In this document: positions 1-9,554 of the stretch, in pieces | Layout of the letters: the number at the start of each line of letters is the position of its first letter | Position numbering within the stretch: the first letter of the stretch is position 1 | NCBI GenBank assembly: GCA_037445065.1 | Contig: JBBILD010000004.1 | Location: 64,001-128,000 of the forward strand | Reading direction: 5' to 3' | From: Myxococcales bacterium | GTDB lineage: Bacteria > Desulfobacterota > Binatia > HRBIN30 | Length of the DNA: 64,000 nucleotides | Program-made: the position numbers and the translations under genes | The notes under the pieces: model-generated | Database searches by the model: none | What the model was told of the DNA's origin: nothing | What the model saw: the letters and a program-made list of their open reading frames with translations, nothing else

Positions 1-585
1 CGTGATGGGAATCTCGTAGCGGTGTGCGGCAACGAAGATGCTGTTCTCGCGGTAGGGAAGCTTGGCCGAGGCCATGGCGCGCGCCAGCGCACTTCCGAGT
101 CCCTCGCCCGCCGCCGCCTGCGCGGCGGCACGGTTGAGAAACTCGGCTGTCTCGCGCGCCATGCCGAAGCGGCCGTCCAACAAGTGCGCGGCGACGTCTT
201 CGGAAGTGCGGCCCGCAAACGCCAGTTCGAAGTCATGCACCATGGCTGCGCCGTTGACCGCCAAGCCGTCAATCAGCCCGCGCCGCATGAGATCCACGAT
301 CACGGGGCCGAGGCCGACTTTGATCGGGTGCGCTCCCATGCCGAGCAAGATACATTTCCCGGCGTGGTGCCGGCGAGCCAGTTCGCGTGCGATCGTGCGC
401 AGATCGGCAGCAGCCAGAAACGAAGGCAGGGAGTCGAGAAAGGACCGTAGCGACTGCCCCACCCGGTACGGCCGCGCCAGCCCATCCACCTGTACCAGAG
501 AGGGGCGCCGCGACAACGGGAACGTGCGCACCCGCGACAAGTCTATATCCGGAAGAGTTTTTGCGCGCCGCCGTTTTGCGGTCAT
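1..585 (-). CDS. Conserved hypothetical protein, deoxyhypusine-synthase-like fold (runs off the window edge)
   Basis: Not in the ORF track. My translation from ATG 585 reads MTAKRRRAKTLPDIDLSRVRTFPLSRRPS...LLGMGAHPIKVGLGPVIVDLMRRGLIDGLAVNGAAMVHDFELAFAGRTSEDVA and stays open to position 1. The ATG overlaps the gmhA stop (TGATG). Confidence 0.75.
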   Translation of the reverse strand, partial: MTAKRRRAKTLPDIDLSRVRTFPLSRRPSLVQVDGLARPYRVGQSLRSFLDSLPSFLAAADLRTIARELARRHHAGKCILLGMGAHPIKVGLGPVIVDLMRRGLIDGLAVNGAAMVHDFELAFAGRTSEDVAAHLLDGRFGMARETAEFLNRAAAQAAAGEGLGSALARAMASAKLPYRENSIFVAAHRYEIPIT

Positions 586-1166
586 CAAGCTGGCTCCGGG
601 AACAAGCGCGATTCGACCAAGTCGCACAAGGTATGGGCGACGACGATGTGCGTTTCTTGGATGCGGGCCGTCTCCCGCGTGGCGCTCGCGCAGAGGACCA
701 AGTCCGCAAGCTGGGCCAGCTTGCCACCGTCACCGCCAGTGAGAGCGATCGAGTAGATCCCCATGGCCCGGCACTGCCGTACCGCGCGCAACACGTTTGC
801 CGCATTGCCACTGGTGGAGATGGCCAGCGCCACATCGCCGTTCTTGCCGAGCGCCCGCACTTGTTTGGCGAACACGTCGGCAAAGCTGTAGTCGTTGGCG
901 ATACTGGTCAGAGCCGAGGTGTCGGTCGTGAGGGCAATGGCGGCCAGTGGCGGACGCTCGCGTACGAACCGGTTGACCAACTCGGCGGCGATGTGCTGAG
1001 CGTCGGCGGCGCTTCCTCCGTTGCCGAACACGAGCAGTTTGTTGCCCGCGCGCAGGGCATCTGCAATGCGTTCGGCCGCTTCCACCAACCGCCGCGCGTT
1101 GTCGCGCAGAAAGGCGCGTTTGACGCGGATGCTTTCCGCAAAAATCTCTCGCACGCGGGCTTGCAC
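585..1166 (-). CDS. gmhA: D-sedoheptulose 7-phosphate isomerase
   Basis: SIS-domain motifs FGNGGSAADAQH, ALTTDTSALTSIANDY, STSGN, RIQETH. Confidence 0.95.
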   Translation of the reverse strand: MQARVREIFAESIRVKRAFLRDNARRLVEAAERIADALRAGNKLLVFGNGGSAADAQHIAAELVNRFVRERPPLAAIALTTDTSALTSIANDYSFADVFAKQVRALGKNGDVALAISTSGNAANVLRAVRQCRAMGIYSIALTGGDGGKLAQLADLVLCASATRETARIQETHIVVAHTLCDLVESRLFPEPA

Positions 1167-1250
1167 GGCGCGCTGCTATAGCGCAGCCTGCCGGGCAGAA
1201 CCAAGCTGGGTAGCCAGAGCGCGAGAAACTACGAAGTGAGGGAACGCAGC

Positions 1251-2447
1251 ATGCGTGTTGGAGCGGGAAGAGCCGTGCTGGTTGGTTTGCTCCTTCATGT
1301 GGGTTGGCCGCAGCGCAGCGTGGCTGACTCTGTCTGTGTTTTCGACTGCGACCGGAGCGGGGAGCTCAGTAGCGAGGAACTCGCCCGGGCGCGGGCAGCG
1401 TTGTTCGACCCGCAGGTGACTGCGGACTGCGGGGACAGACCAGTTCAAAGCGAGCCGCGTGTAGCGGAATTGGTGGAGGCAGTGGCCACGGCCGTACTGG
1501 AGCAGCCGCTGTGCGGGGCCGGGGCCCGCAGCCGTTGGGTACGCTTGCCCCCGCTCGCTTCCGGGCCGCGGCAAGAGGTGGGCGTGGCCGCGTTGCGCGG
1601 GGAGATTTTTGTGGTGGGTGGGATCACGCCAACTGGAGTCGGGGTCACCCTGGTGGAGGCGTTCGACCCCGAGGCGAATCGGTGGCGGCGGGTGGTGGAT
1701 CTCCCGCGGCCGGTGCATCACGTAGCCGTAGCCAGCGACAATGCGGCTTTGTACGTGGTCGGCGGGTTTGCGGCTCCAGGGTTTCGCCCGGTGGCGGATG
1801 TGTACCGTTACGACCCCGATGCGAATCTGTGGCAAACCCTGCCTCCGCTGCCGCGCGCGCTCGGTGCAGCCGCGGCGGCGATTTGCTCCGCGCGCCTTCA
1901 TGTTGTCGGGGGAAGTTCGGGCAGCGGGTCGGTGGCTGACCATTTCGTGTACGATCTGGTGCGCGGGGAGTGGTCGAGTGCGGCAGCGCTGCCGGTGGCG
2001 GTGAATCACCTGGCCGCAGTGGCGTGGGAAGGAACACTGTACGTTGTCGGCGGCCGCCGCGACGGCAGTGGCCTACAAAATCACGCTGGGTTTTACCGGT
2101 ATGACGCTGAGCAGGACCAATGGTTGCCTGAGCCGCCCCTGCCGACGGCGCGCAGCGGGCACGCTGCCGCCGTGCTGGGTAACTGGCTTGCGGTGTTCGG
2201 AGGCGAGGTCGCGCTCGTGCATCCTCCTGAGCTCGTGTACCCGCACGTCGAGGTGTACGACTTTCTCTCGGGGAGGTGGCTCTCGGACTTGCCCATGCCG
2301 GTTCCGCGCCATGGATTCGGTGCGGCGGAGCTGGGCGGCCGTTTGTACCTGCCAGGAGGTGCAACCCGCGCTGGTTTGGGAGAAACGGCTTGGGCCGACG
2401 CCTGGGAGGTCGAGGCGGAAAGTTTTGCGCAGGTGACTGTTGATTGA
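1251..2447 (+). CDS. Secreted Kelch-repeat beta-propeller protein with a degenerate N-terminal dockerin/EF-hand-like module
   Basis: Signal-like N-terminus, then CVFDCDRSGELSSEEL, then six Kelch repeats (IFVVGG, LYVVGG, LHVVGG, LYVVGG, LAVFGG, LYLPGG, mostly followed by [YF]DP...W). Start may be GTG 1236. Confidence 0.85.
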   Translation: MRVGAGRAVLVGLLLHVGWPQRSVADSVCVFDCDRSGELSSEELARARAALFDPQVTADCGDRPVQSEPRVAELVEAVATAVLEQPLCGAGARSRWVRLPPLASGPRQEVGVAALRGEIFVVGGITPTGVGVTLVEAFDPEANRWRRVVDLPRPVHHVAVASDNAALYVVGGFAAPGFRPVADVYRYDPDANLWQTLPPLPRALGAAAAAICSARLHVVGGSSGSGSVADHFVYDLVRGEWSSAAALPVAVNHLAAVAWEGTLYVVGGRRDGSGLQNHAGFYRYDAEQDQWLPEPPLPTARSGHAAAVLGNWLAVFGGEVALVHPPELVYPHVEVYDFLSGRWLSDLPMPVPRHGFGAAELGGRLYLPGGATRAGLGETAWADAWEVEAESFAQVTVD

Positions 2448-2513
2448 AAGCGCCACCGTGACCCCTTGCCGCAGTTCAGGGGAAGGGCTGACTCTTCGTT
2501 GTTGGGCGCAAAC

Positions 2514-3731
2514 TCAGCGAGAAGCTCGCGGCTTTGCTTTCTTGCTGGAGCGCGCAGGGTTCGCCGCCTTTTGCCGTGCGCCCGGTTTTTGGGATGCAGC
2601 AGCCACCCGCATGACCTTCGCGCCTCGAGGTGGGGCCGGAGCAAGCCTGTTTTTTGCTTTCCCCTGTGCCGCCGGGGCGCTCGGGCGGCACACAGTACGC
2701 CTGCCCCGGCGGGAGCAACGCTTCGTCGGAGGTGGGAGCGCGATCCGGCGCAATGCCGCCAGTTCGGACTGGGTCAGCGACGCGTAGGCGCGTTCGACCC
2801 GTGGTTTGGTTCCATCCGGCACGCGGATTGTGTAGCCGCCGGGAGGCACCACACCGCGGATCAGCGCCGGATTGAGTTCCTTCACCTCTTCGAGACTTGT
2901 CCCGGCCCAACGCGCCACCGTGGAAAGCGGCATCGGATCGGCAATGGAAACGAGGTCGTAGCTCAGGCTCTCTTTGCGTGGGGGAGAGAAGCCGTAGGCT
3001 TCGGGATGGGAGGCGATTTGCAGAGCAGCGAGGAAGCCGGGCACGTAGTCCCGAGTTTCGCGGAACAAGTAGCCGCGTTCGCTCAGCTCCCAAAAGTCTC
3101 CCGCATCCGAGGTGTTCAGCAGCCGTGCGATCCGGTTTTCTCCGGTGTTGTACGCTGCCAGACTCAGATGCCAGTCGTTGAACATCCCGTACAGGTCCTT
3201 CAGGTACTGCGCGGCTGCTTTGGTGGATTTGATCGGATCGCGCCGCTCGTCCACGAACGAATCAATCCGCAAGCCGTAACGGCGTCCCGTATCCGGGATA
3301 AATTGCCACAGCCCGACTGCGCGTGCGGGCGACACGGCGTGTGGCTGGAAGCCGCTTTCGATCAAGGGCAGGTACGCCAGCTCGGTCGGCACGCCCTCTT
3401 TGCGCAAGATGGATTCGATCCGTGGCAGGTAGCGGCCGCTGCGTTCGAGGGCGCGGCCGTAAAATCCTCGCAGCTCGGTTTGGAACTTACTGACAAAATC
3501 ATTCACCCGCGGGTGGTCGAAGCGCAACCCTAAGTGATCACCCTGGCGGCGCTTCCCTAGTTTCCCTCCCAAACCGTACTGCTCGGGCAGGGTCAGAGGC
3601 GGAGCAGTCTTTGCAGTTTGCCATTGCCACCAGTGCTTCTCTTCGTCCGCGGGGCGCCGGAATGCACTGCAACCGCTGACGATCGCACACCCGAGAACCA
3701 CAACGATGATCGCCGGCGTTGTTCTTCGCAC
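2514..3731 (-). CDS. MltD-like lytic transglycosylase lipoprotein (SLT domain, LysM-like segment, basic tail)
   Basis: Lipobox IVSGC; LPLIESGF, AVGLWQFIPDTGRRYGL, LAAYNTGE, ETRDYVP; ELNPAL LysM-like region. Confidence 0.9.
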   Translation of the reverse strand: MRRTTPAIIVVVLGCAIVSGCSAFRRPADEEKHWWQWQTAKTAPPLTLPEQYGLGGKLGKRRQGDHLGLRFDHPRVNDFVSKFQTELRGFYGRALERSGRYLPRIESILRKEGVPTELAYLPLIESGFQPHAVSPARAVGLWQFIPDTGRRYGLRIDSFVDERRDPIKSTKAAAQYLKDLYGMFNDWHLSLAAYNTGENRIARLLNTSDAGDFWELSERGYLFRETRDYVPGFLAALQIASHPEAYGFSPPRKESLSYDLVSIADPMPLSTVARWAGTSLEEVKELNPALIRGVVPPGGYTIRVPDGTKPRVERAYASLTQSELAALRRIALPPPTKRCSRRGRRTVCRPSAPAAQGKAKNRLAPAPPRGAKVMRVAAASQKPGARQKAANPARSSKKAKPRASR

Positions 3732-4157
3732 CGAACGTCCTCCCCGTCCTCCTTTTTCGAGCAGCGCGCCGGCGACGCAGGTCGGAGCCGCCGGGGTGCA
3801 AACGGTCTTACACTGCCTTCAACCTCCCGCCCGGGTCATGTCGGCACCCGCCAGCAGCGAGCCACAAGCCTGCAGCGGGAAGACTGCAGAGAAAAACGCA
3901 TCCGTTTTTTGCCGCTCCCGCTGCGGCCGCACCCAAGCGAAACCACACATCATTCCGCACAACCTACAACCAAATGTGCGGCCGCTCGTATCACGCATGG
4001 CACCTTGGATCAACCCAAAGTCGTGCCTTTGCAGAGCCCAGGTTTGGCTGGTTTGTTGTTGCACCGGGATGCCGGCGAGGGGGGAGGTGGTGGAACGGAA
4101 GCAAGAGCCGGCCGTTCTGCCCGCGAGAACACGGGCGGGGTTTGCGCGCGAACGAAA

Positions 4158-4331
4158 TCAGCTACCGCGGCTCAGCTTCTCGATCAAAGCGCGGGTCAAC
4201 GCTTCCTCGTCTTGCAGTTGTTTCTTGAAGTCGCGCGTTGCTGCCTTGTGGATCTCATGCGACAGCTCGAGCGCGTGACGTTCGAGCAACCGGATGAGAA
4301 ACTGCCTTTCTTTTTCTTCGAGTTGCATCAT
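4158..4331 (-). CDS. Small helical hypothetical protein (57 aa)
   Basis: MMQLEEKERQFLIRLLERHALELSHEIHKAATRDFKKQLQDEEALTRALIEKLSRGS; protein-like composition, directly downstream of the flippase-like gene. Confidence 0.65.
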   Translation of the reverse strand: MMQLEEKERQFLIRLLERHALELSHEIHKAATRDFKKQLQDEEALTRALIEKLSRGS

Positions 4332-4387
4332 GCGTGCATCCGATCCGTAGCTTCGTCTATCCGAAGTCGAGGGAAACTGTAAAGCGC

Positions 4388-5476
4388 TCAGGCGCGGGCG
4401 CTTTGACCCGGAGAGGTCTCCAGGTGGGCGCCCTGTACCCGCACGCGCGGGCGATACGAGGCATCGCGCATCAGGTAGAAGACCCCGCCGCTCAAGGTGG
4501 GAGCCTCCGCAACCCAGAAACCCAGCGCGGCCGAGAGGATCGAAGACTCGGCACCGATGCGGTGTGCGAGCAAAAGGGCTTGCACGATTTCGCGCACCCC
4601 CTCGCCCGCAATCGTAAACGGACTCATCACGGTGGCGAAGATTTGAATCGTGGAGGCGAACGCCACTTCCCAAAACGCCGCGTGGTGCGCCCCGACCGCG
4701 ATGGCGGTAAAGAAATACGTGACCGCCGTGAAGAAATGCACGCCAAGGCTCAACAGCGCTGCCGCGATCAGTAGCCATGGCTGGCCGCGGTAGGCAGCAG
4801 CGGCCTGATGGAGGCGGGTGAGAAACCCGCCGATTCTCCCGCTCCGCTGCAGGGGCAGGCGTTCGAGCAAGGTGCCGAAGAGGACAGGATGGAGCAGGAC
4901 GAGGAAGAAAGCGCAGGTAACAATGAGCGCCAGCGGGATGGTGACCACTCCCACGATTGCTGCCCGCTCTCCGAGCAGCGAGTGGCCGAGCGGGAAGGTA
5001 ACGAGGAAGCACAGAAAGATCCCAATGAGCCCCATCCCTTTTTCCAACACCGTGGCTGCCGCCGCCTCCACGGTGCGGCCCGAGTAGCGGGCAGCGTCGT
5101 AAAGCTTGTAGCCATCGAGGCCGATGGTCGAGGGCAGAAACGTACCGAGGAAGCGCCCGATGAGGAAGGTGGTGACGATGTGCCAGGCGGGGAAGAAAAT
5201 GCCCTGGCCGCGGAGCAGCACTGCCCAGCGCGTCATGGAGCAGGCCACCCCACAAGCGCGAACCACAAACGCAATGAGCGAGAAGCGCCAAAAGACGTCC
5301 CACTCGATGCGCGGCAAGTAATCCAAAATAGCTTGCAAGGCGACCACGCGCGCGCCGTCCGAAGTGCGCACAGGGTGCTGCAGTAACAGGTAAAACGCAC
5401 CCGCGGTAACGGCGAGTTTGAGGGTAAACGACAGGACGCTACGCCAGCGAGGGCGAGTGCTGGCGGGGGCCGTCAC
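4388..5476 (-). CDS. Lysylphosphatidylglycerol-synthase TM (flippase-like, YbhN/UPF0104) membrane protein
   Basis: Multi-pass hydrophobic; RWAVLL, FLGTFLPSTIGLDGYK, PFTIAGEGVRE motifs. Confidence 0.85.
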   Translation of the reverse strand: MTAPASTRPRWRSVLSFTLKLAVTAGAFYLLLQHPVRTSDGARVVALQAILDYLPRIEWDVFWRFSLIAFVVRACGVACSMTRWAVLLRGQGIFFPAWHIVTTFLIGRFLGTFLPSTIGLDGYKLYDAARYSGRTVEAAAATVLEKGMGLIGIFLCFLVTFPLGHSLLGERAAIVGVVTIPLALIVTCAFFLVLLHPVLFGTLLERLPLQRSGRIGGFLTRLHQAAAAYRGQPWLLIAAALLSLGVHFFTAVTYFFTAIAVGAHHAAFWEVAFASTIQIFATVMSPFTIAGEGVREIVQALLLAHRIGAESSILSAALGFWVAEAPTLSGGVFYLMRDASYRPRVRVQGAHLETSPGQSARA

Positions 5477-6081
5477 GGCGCACCCCCCCGCTTTTGTTCC
5501 AGTTGGCGGACGCGGAATTCGATTTTACGAAGTCGTTCTTCGATGTCTCGCCAGCGTGCTTGGTCGTCTCCCGCGCCGCTTCCTCCCGTGGCCTCCGCTT
5601 CCTGCTGCGCGGAGGGGGCGGAGGCGCGGCTCTCTAAGGCTTCCAAGCGTTGTTCCAAGGAGCGGATGCGCTCCGTCTGGGCAGGCGGTGCGGCCGCTTC
5701 GCCGATCGGGTTTGCGGTGCCCGTGCCCAGCACAAGCAGGTTTGCTGGATCGCGAACGATCATTTCTAGCCTGCCGCGGAACTCGCGAATCTTGCCGCTC
5801 ACGCGAATCGTTTTGCCGGGGTAAACCTGTTCTGCGTCGGCGGGAAAGCGGTGCAGCAACCCTTCGACCAGGGAGACTTGCAAAGTATGGGGTGCTTGGC
5901 CGATTTGGAGTTCGACCACGTTGCCGCGCCGTCGTGCGGTTTGTACGGGAGCTTCGACCGTCACCTCACGGCCCGTATAAAACCCAGCCACGCTGGGGTC
6001 GATGAGAGGCGGTTGCGCAAGGGCCGGCTGCGTTCCCAGCCCATGAGATTGGAGGAGGACGGCTGTACCCACGATCCGCAC
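5473..6081 (-). CDS. Exported hypothetical protein with OB-fold-like domain and coiled-coil C-terminus
   Basis: GREVTVEAPV...YPGKTIRVSGKIREFRGRLEMIVRDP resembles OB-fold strands. GTG 6081 chosen because it follows GAGGG; start uncertain. Confidence 0.65.
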   Translation of the reverse strand: MRIVGTAVLLQSHGLGTQPALAQPPLIDPSVAGFYTGREVTVEAPVQTARRRGNVVELQIGQAPHTLQVSLVEGLLHRFPADAEQVYPGKTIRVSGKIREFRGRLEMIVRDPANLLVLGTGTANPIGEAAAPPAQTERIRSLEQRLEALESRASAPSAQQEAEATGGSGAGDDQARWRDIEERLRKIEFRVRQLEQKRGGAP

Positions 6082-6112
6082 CGCCCTCAGCAGGCGGTGA
6101 CCGCGCGTCGGG

Positions 6113-6280
6113 CTAGAGCTTGAACTCACGTTCTCCCTCCTCGTCATTGGCGGGTGGCGCAAGCTCATTGAGCTTGCGGAAGACGACCTCGATGAGTTTA
6201 TCCAGCCGCCGGTATTCGCCAGAACGAGCCGCGGCACGAGCGACACTGACTGCCAGCCGGAGTTTTTCGTCTCTGGTCAT
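6113..6280 (-). CDS. Small hypothetical protein (55 aa, below ORF-track cutoff)
   Basis: MTRDEKLRLAVSVARAAARSGEYRRLDKLIEVVFRKLNELAPPANDEEGEREFKL; strong RBS TAGGAGG about 10 nt upstream of ATG 6280. Confidence 0.7.
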   Translation of the reverse strand: MTRDEKLRLAVSVARAAARSGEYRRLDKLIEVVFRKLNELAPPANDEEGEREFKL

Positions 6281-6451
6281 CGGCAACGAACCTCCTAATC
6301 CCGGCGGGCCTTATAGCGAGCGTTGCCGAGCTTGTCGCGAAAGCCCAGCGTTTGCCTGTGCCGAGCGCCAGTGGTAGGGTCGTTGTACCTTCGCCAGGAG
6401 GGTCGGTCGAGGTCGAGCCGGTGGGGGTGCGAAGCCGAAAGGAGCAGCGCA

Positions 6452-6628
6452 ATGGCAGGCGGTAGGACATTCAAACGAGATCAAAAGCGGCGCAAAGAGA
6501 TGGAGCGAAAACTCCGCCAAGAAGAAAAAATGCGCAAGCGCCTGCAGCGGCGAGAGGAAAAGAAACTCGGAATCGTCAAACAGGAAGAGGAAATTCCGCT
6601 CCCTACGCCTCCAGTGGAAGTGTCCTGA
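6452..6628 (+). CDS. Small highly charged basic protein (58 aa)
   Basis: AAGGAG RBS before ATG; MAGGRTFKRDQKRRKEMERKLRQEEKMRKRLQRREEKKLG... Confidence 0.7.
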   Translation: MAGGRTFKRDQKRRKEMERKLRQEEKMRKRLQRREEKKLGIVKQEEEIPLPTPPVEVS

Positions 6629-6710
6629 AAACTGCCCGCGGTAGGTTGCGGAAACTGGACTCGAGCGCGCTGGCAGGGCAGTTGTTCTGAGGAGGGTGAC
6701 CCGGCGCTGG

Positions 6711-7874
6711 CTAGCGAATCTCGTAGTGGTACCCGACGTCAACGCGGCCGATTTTTGCGCACTCCGCGCCGGGTAGCCCCGCTACGCAACCGGGCGGGCA
6801 ACAACCCTCGCCGATACAATCCGCCTTGTTGTCGGTTTGCGTAGTACGCTGCCGCAGGTGCTCGAGAAGTGTTGGGTCAATGGCATCGTCGCCAGCATCG
6901 AGTACGACGCTGCCCCCGACGCATTCGTCCGTGGTTCCCGGGATGCGAAAGCCGTCTTGCGTTCCAGGTGAGCGCCAGAAGGGATCGTCAGCAAAATCAT
7001 CGGGCCCAGCCACTTCCGAGGGCTGGTAGCCGTCGCGGTTCAAATTGAAGTTCGAATCGAAGCCAACTGTGGTCGGGTCCACGAGAATACCCGGCAGGCG
7101 GTTGGCAACAAAGATGTTGTTGCGCACGAAGAAGTTGACAGACGGCAGCAGGTTGTCGCCGACCACGAGCCCACCGCCGCGATTGCCGTATACCGTGTGG
7201 TTGATCACCTGCACCCCGTCGCTACCCACGCAAAAAACCCCTGCTCCGTTGTTGTTGAACACGAGGTTGTTCCACAGGCGTACCCCTGCGGAGCGAACCA
7301 CCCGCAGGCCGTCGCGCTGATTGTCGGTGGCGATGAAGTCGCGCACAGTGACGTTGTTGCTGTCACGGATTTCAATGCCGGCTACCACGCCGCCTCGGAC
7401 CGTAAAGCCGCTCAGGGTGAGGTCGCTTACCCCCTGCAAGGTGATCGCCGCGGCCTGATTTCCCGCATTGATCACGACGTTGCCTGCAGGCAGACCGGTG
7501 ATCGCACCGGACGTGTCGGCGAGGATCGTGAGCGGTCCTGCGAGGTCTGCCGCAGTGATGGTCAGTGCGGGGTATACCCCAGCCGGCACCGCAACCACTG
7601 AACCCGGAGGGGCACTCCGGATCACTGCCAGCAAATCGGTTCCACCTGGCGTGGGTTGCACCTGCACCGCGGTCGCTGTGGGGATCGGAGTGGGTGGGAC
7701 GGGCGGAGATGTCGGCGTGAAGGTGGGCTCACCCGGGCGCAAGGTGCGCGTGGGCGTGCGCGTCGCCGTGCCGCTCGGCCCGCCTCCTCCGTCGCCCCCG
7801 CCACCGCAGCCAGCGGCAAGCAGCCCCGCGACTGCTGCGGCCAGAAGTCCGATCCCGTATCGTCGTCCTCGCAT
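6711..7874 (-). CDS. Lipoprotein with Pro/Thr linker and right-handed parallel beta-helix (pectin-lyase-like) domain
   Basis: LLAAGC lipobox, TPT-rich linker, repeated N/G ladder (NNLVFNNNGAGV, NHTVYGNRGGG, NNIFVANRLPG). Confidence 0.8.
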   Translation of the reverse strand: MRGRRYGIGLLAAAVAGLLAAGCGGGGDGGGGPSGTATRTPTRTLRPGEPTFTPTSPPVPPTPIPTATAVQVQPTPGGTDLLAVIRSAPPGSVVAVPAGVYPALTITAADLAGPLTILADTSGAITGLPAGNVVINAGNQAAAITLQGVSDLTLSGFTVRGGVVAGIEIRDSNNVTVRDFIATDNQRDGLRVVRSAGVRLWNNLVFNNNGAGVFCVGSDGVQVINHTVYGNRGGGLVVGDNLLPSVNFFVRNNIFVANRLPGILVDPTTVGFDSNFNLNRDGYQPSEVAGPDDFADDPFWRSPGTQDGFRIPGTTDECVGGSVVLDAGDDAIDPTLLEHLRQRTTQTDNKADCIGEGCCPPGCVAGLPGAECAKIGRVDVGYHYEIR

Positions 7875-8323
7875 GGTTGCCTCGCCGAGACGGAGCCTTT
7901 TAGCCACAGCGTGTTGGTAATGTCCAATGGCCTTTGTGCCCGCGTGCGAGCGCGGGCTTGAGGCGACGCGCTGTTCGGTAGGACAACTATGGCGCACGCC
8001 GCGCCGCGGGGCCACCTCAGGTCAGCCCGATTGGGCGCGGAAGCGCACAGGTGCCGGCGCCCTGTGTGCCCCGCCAAGGGCAGAACCCATTGAGCGGAGA
8101 ACGAGGCGCTCGTGTGCGCGAACCCTGCCGAACGGCAGGCGGGCGGTTGGCGGGAGGAAAATCAAAGTAGAGTGAAGGCGGGGACGCGATCTCGTTGCTG
8201 GTGGTTGTGGGCTCGATCTCGCCGCAGGCGCCAGGGTCCGCAGAGCGGCGCCGGGTTTGCGCCACCACATGCTGCCGGAGGTAGCCCCTGTGTCTGCGCT
8301 CCACGTCAAGTGCCGTGGCCTGT

Positions 8324-8512
8324 GCCGAGGCGTTGATCAGGAAGACCCTGATGATCGCGGAGAAGAAGTTCCGGCGCCTGAACGCGCCGGAGATGTTGAA
8401 GGAAGTCTGGGAAGGCAAGCAGTTCGTCAATCGAGTCGCTGAGAAGAAGGCAAGCAATGTCAGAGGAAGCCTTGCTGCCTGATTTCGTTGACACAACTGT
8501 TGACATGACCTC
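8324..8512 (+). mobile_element. IS256-family remnant: transposase C-terminal fragment plus right end
   Basis: Frame from 8324 reads AEALIRKTLMIAEKKFRRLNAPEMLKEVWEGKQFVNRV...LAA* (stop 8480-8482), resembling IS256 C-termini. Followed by ACACAACTGTTGACATGACCTC, similar to IS256 right-end repeats. Confidence 0.65.
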
Positions 8513-8619
8513 TCCACGAGGCGTCACGATGCGGATCAAACCGGGGCCGGAGAAAGCCGGAAGCATCCATGGGATATACAGCTGTTCGACTGCTCGCCGC
8601 CGAGACCAGGAGAACCTGA

Positions 8620-8960
8620 ATGTCGCAGCTAGAGGAGGCGACGGGCGCAGCGATTGAGAGCCCCGCAGCTTTTCTAGCACTCGCTCTCTCGGTGCTCGCA
8701 CCCATCGTCCGCAGAATCGCCGACCCCAAAGACCATCCAGGCGCAAGGGAGGTGAGCTGTTTAACCCGACCGACGTCGGCACTCAGCGCCCCGCCAGGCG
8801 AATCGCCGACTCCCGCGTCGTAAGCACGACGGCCTTTCTGTGGTATGAGCACGGAAGGCGCGGGTACCACCAGCACCTGGCTCGCTTTAGCGCTCTTGAC
8901 CCCAGGCGCGTAACCGATTCCTTCGTGTTCGTCGACACACGCCACACCACGCTCGCATAG
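8620..8960 (+). pseudogene. Frameshifted hypothetical gene, probable former gene cassette
   Basis: AGGAG RBS and ATG 8620. First frame ends ...RIADPK; a second frame continues ELFNPTDVGTQRPARRIADSRVVSTTAFLWYEHGRRGYHQHLARF...*. Lies just upstream of an attC-like site. Confidence 0.4.
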
Positions 8961-9028
8961 CGAGTCCGCGACGAGGACTGTCTCAAGCGACACCGTGCCA
9001 GGTCCACTGAACTCTGAACACGTCCCTC

Positions 9029-9115
9029 GCTGAACACCATGAAGCCGTGGATGCCCACCGCCTCCCGAGTCGAGTCGCGCCGCGTCGCAGCCGCCCCTGA
9101 TCATGACCGTTAGCT
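9029..9115 (+). repeat. Degenerate integron attC-like site
   Basis: GCTGAAC, 5-nt spacer ACCAT, then degenerate L''; right arm CCTGATC-ATGACC-GTTAGCT. 87 bp; central pairing is poor. Confidence 0.5.
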
Positions 9116-9152
9116 GGACAGAATCACCGATGAGCCCGAGGATCGGCGGAAG

Positions 9153-9554
9153 CTATCGCTCGCGGAGCAGGCTCGAGAAGCCGCGCGGGTCTACGACGGG
9201 AAACGGTGCGTTGGAACCCAATTTCAGCAGGTCACGATCGCACGTCACCAAAACGTTGGCCTCAGCGGATGCGGCAGAAGCGAGCACCCACCCGTCGTCG
9301 GGATCTCGAACCACGATGTCCGCGGCCTTCTCAGGCTTGGGCACGACTTCATGCTCACGCAACAGGTCCTCGATCGCATCGATCGTCTTGGTCGGGAGCT
9401 TGATCCGGGTCCGAAGAACGCGCCGGAGTTCCTTCTGGACGACCTCTCCGGGTACCAGCGTGTGCTCGGCCAGGACGTGCCGAAACACATCGGCACAGAA
9501 GCCCCGGGTGGCCAAGGCGCTCACGAGGACATTCGTGTCCAGGAACACCCTCAC
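9153..9554 (-). CDS. PIN-domain toxin (VapC-like, putative type II TA toxin)
   Basis: MRVFLDTNVLVSAL...VRDPDDGWVLASAASAEANVLVTCDRDLL; start overlaps antitoxin stop. Confidence 0.92.
   Translation of the reverse strand: MRVFLDTNVLVSALATRGFCADVFRHVLAEHTLVPGEVVQKELRRVLRTRIKLPTKTIDAIEDLLREHEVVPKPEKAADIVVRDPDDGWVLASAASAEANVLVTCDRDLLKLGSNAPFPVVDPRGFSSLLRER

Noticed and set aside
3732..4157. c-di-AMP (ydaO) or c-di-GMP riboswitch upstream of the lytic transglycosylase
   Set aside because: I could not find the conserved sequence blocks of either family; only generic hairpins are present.
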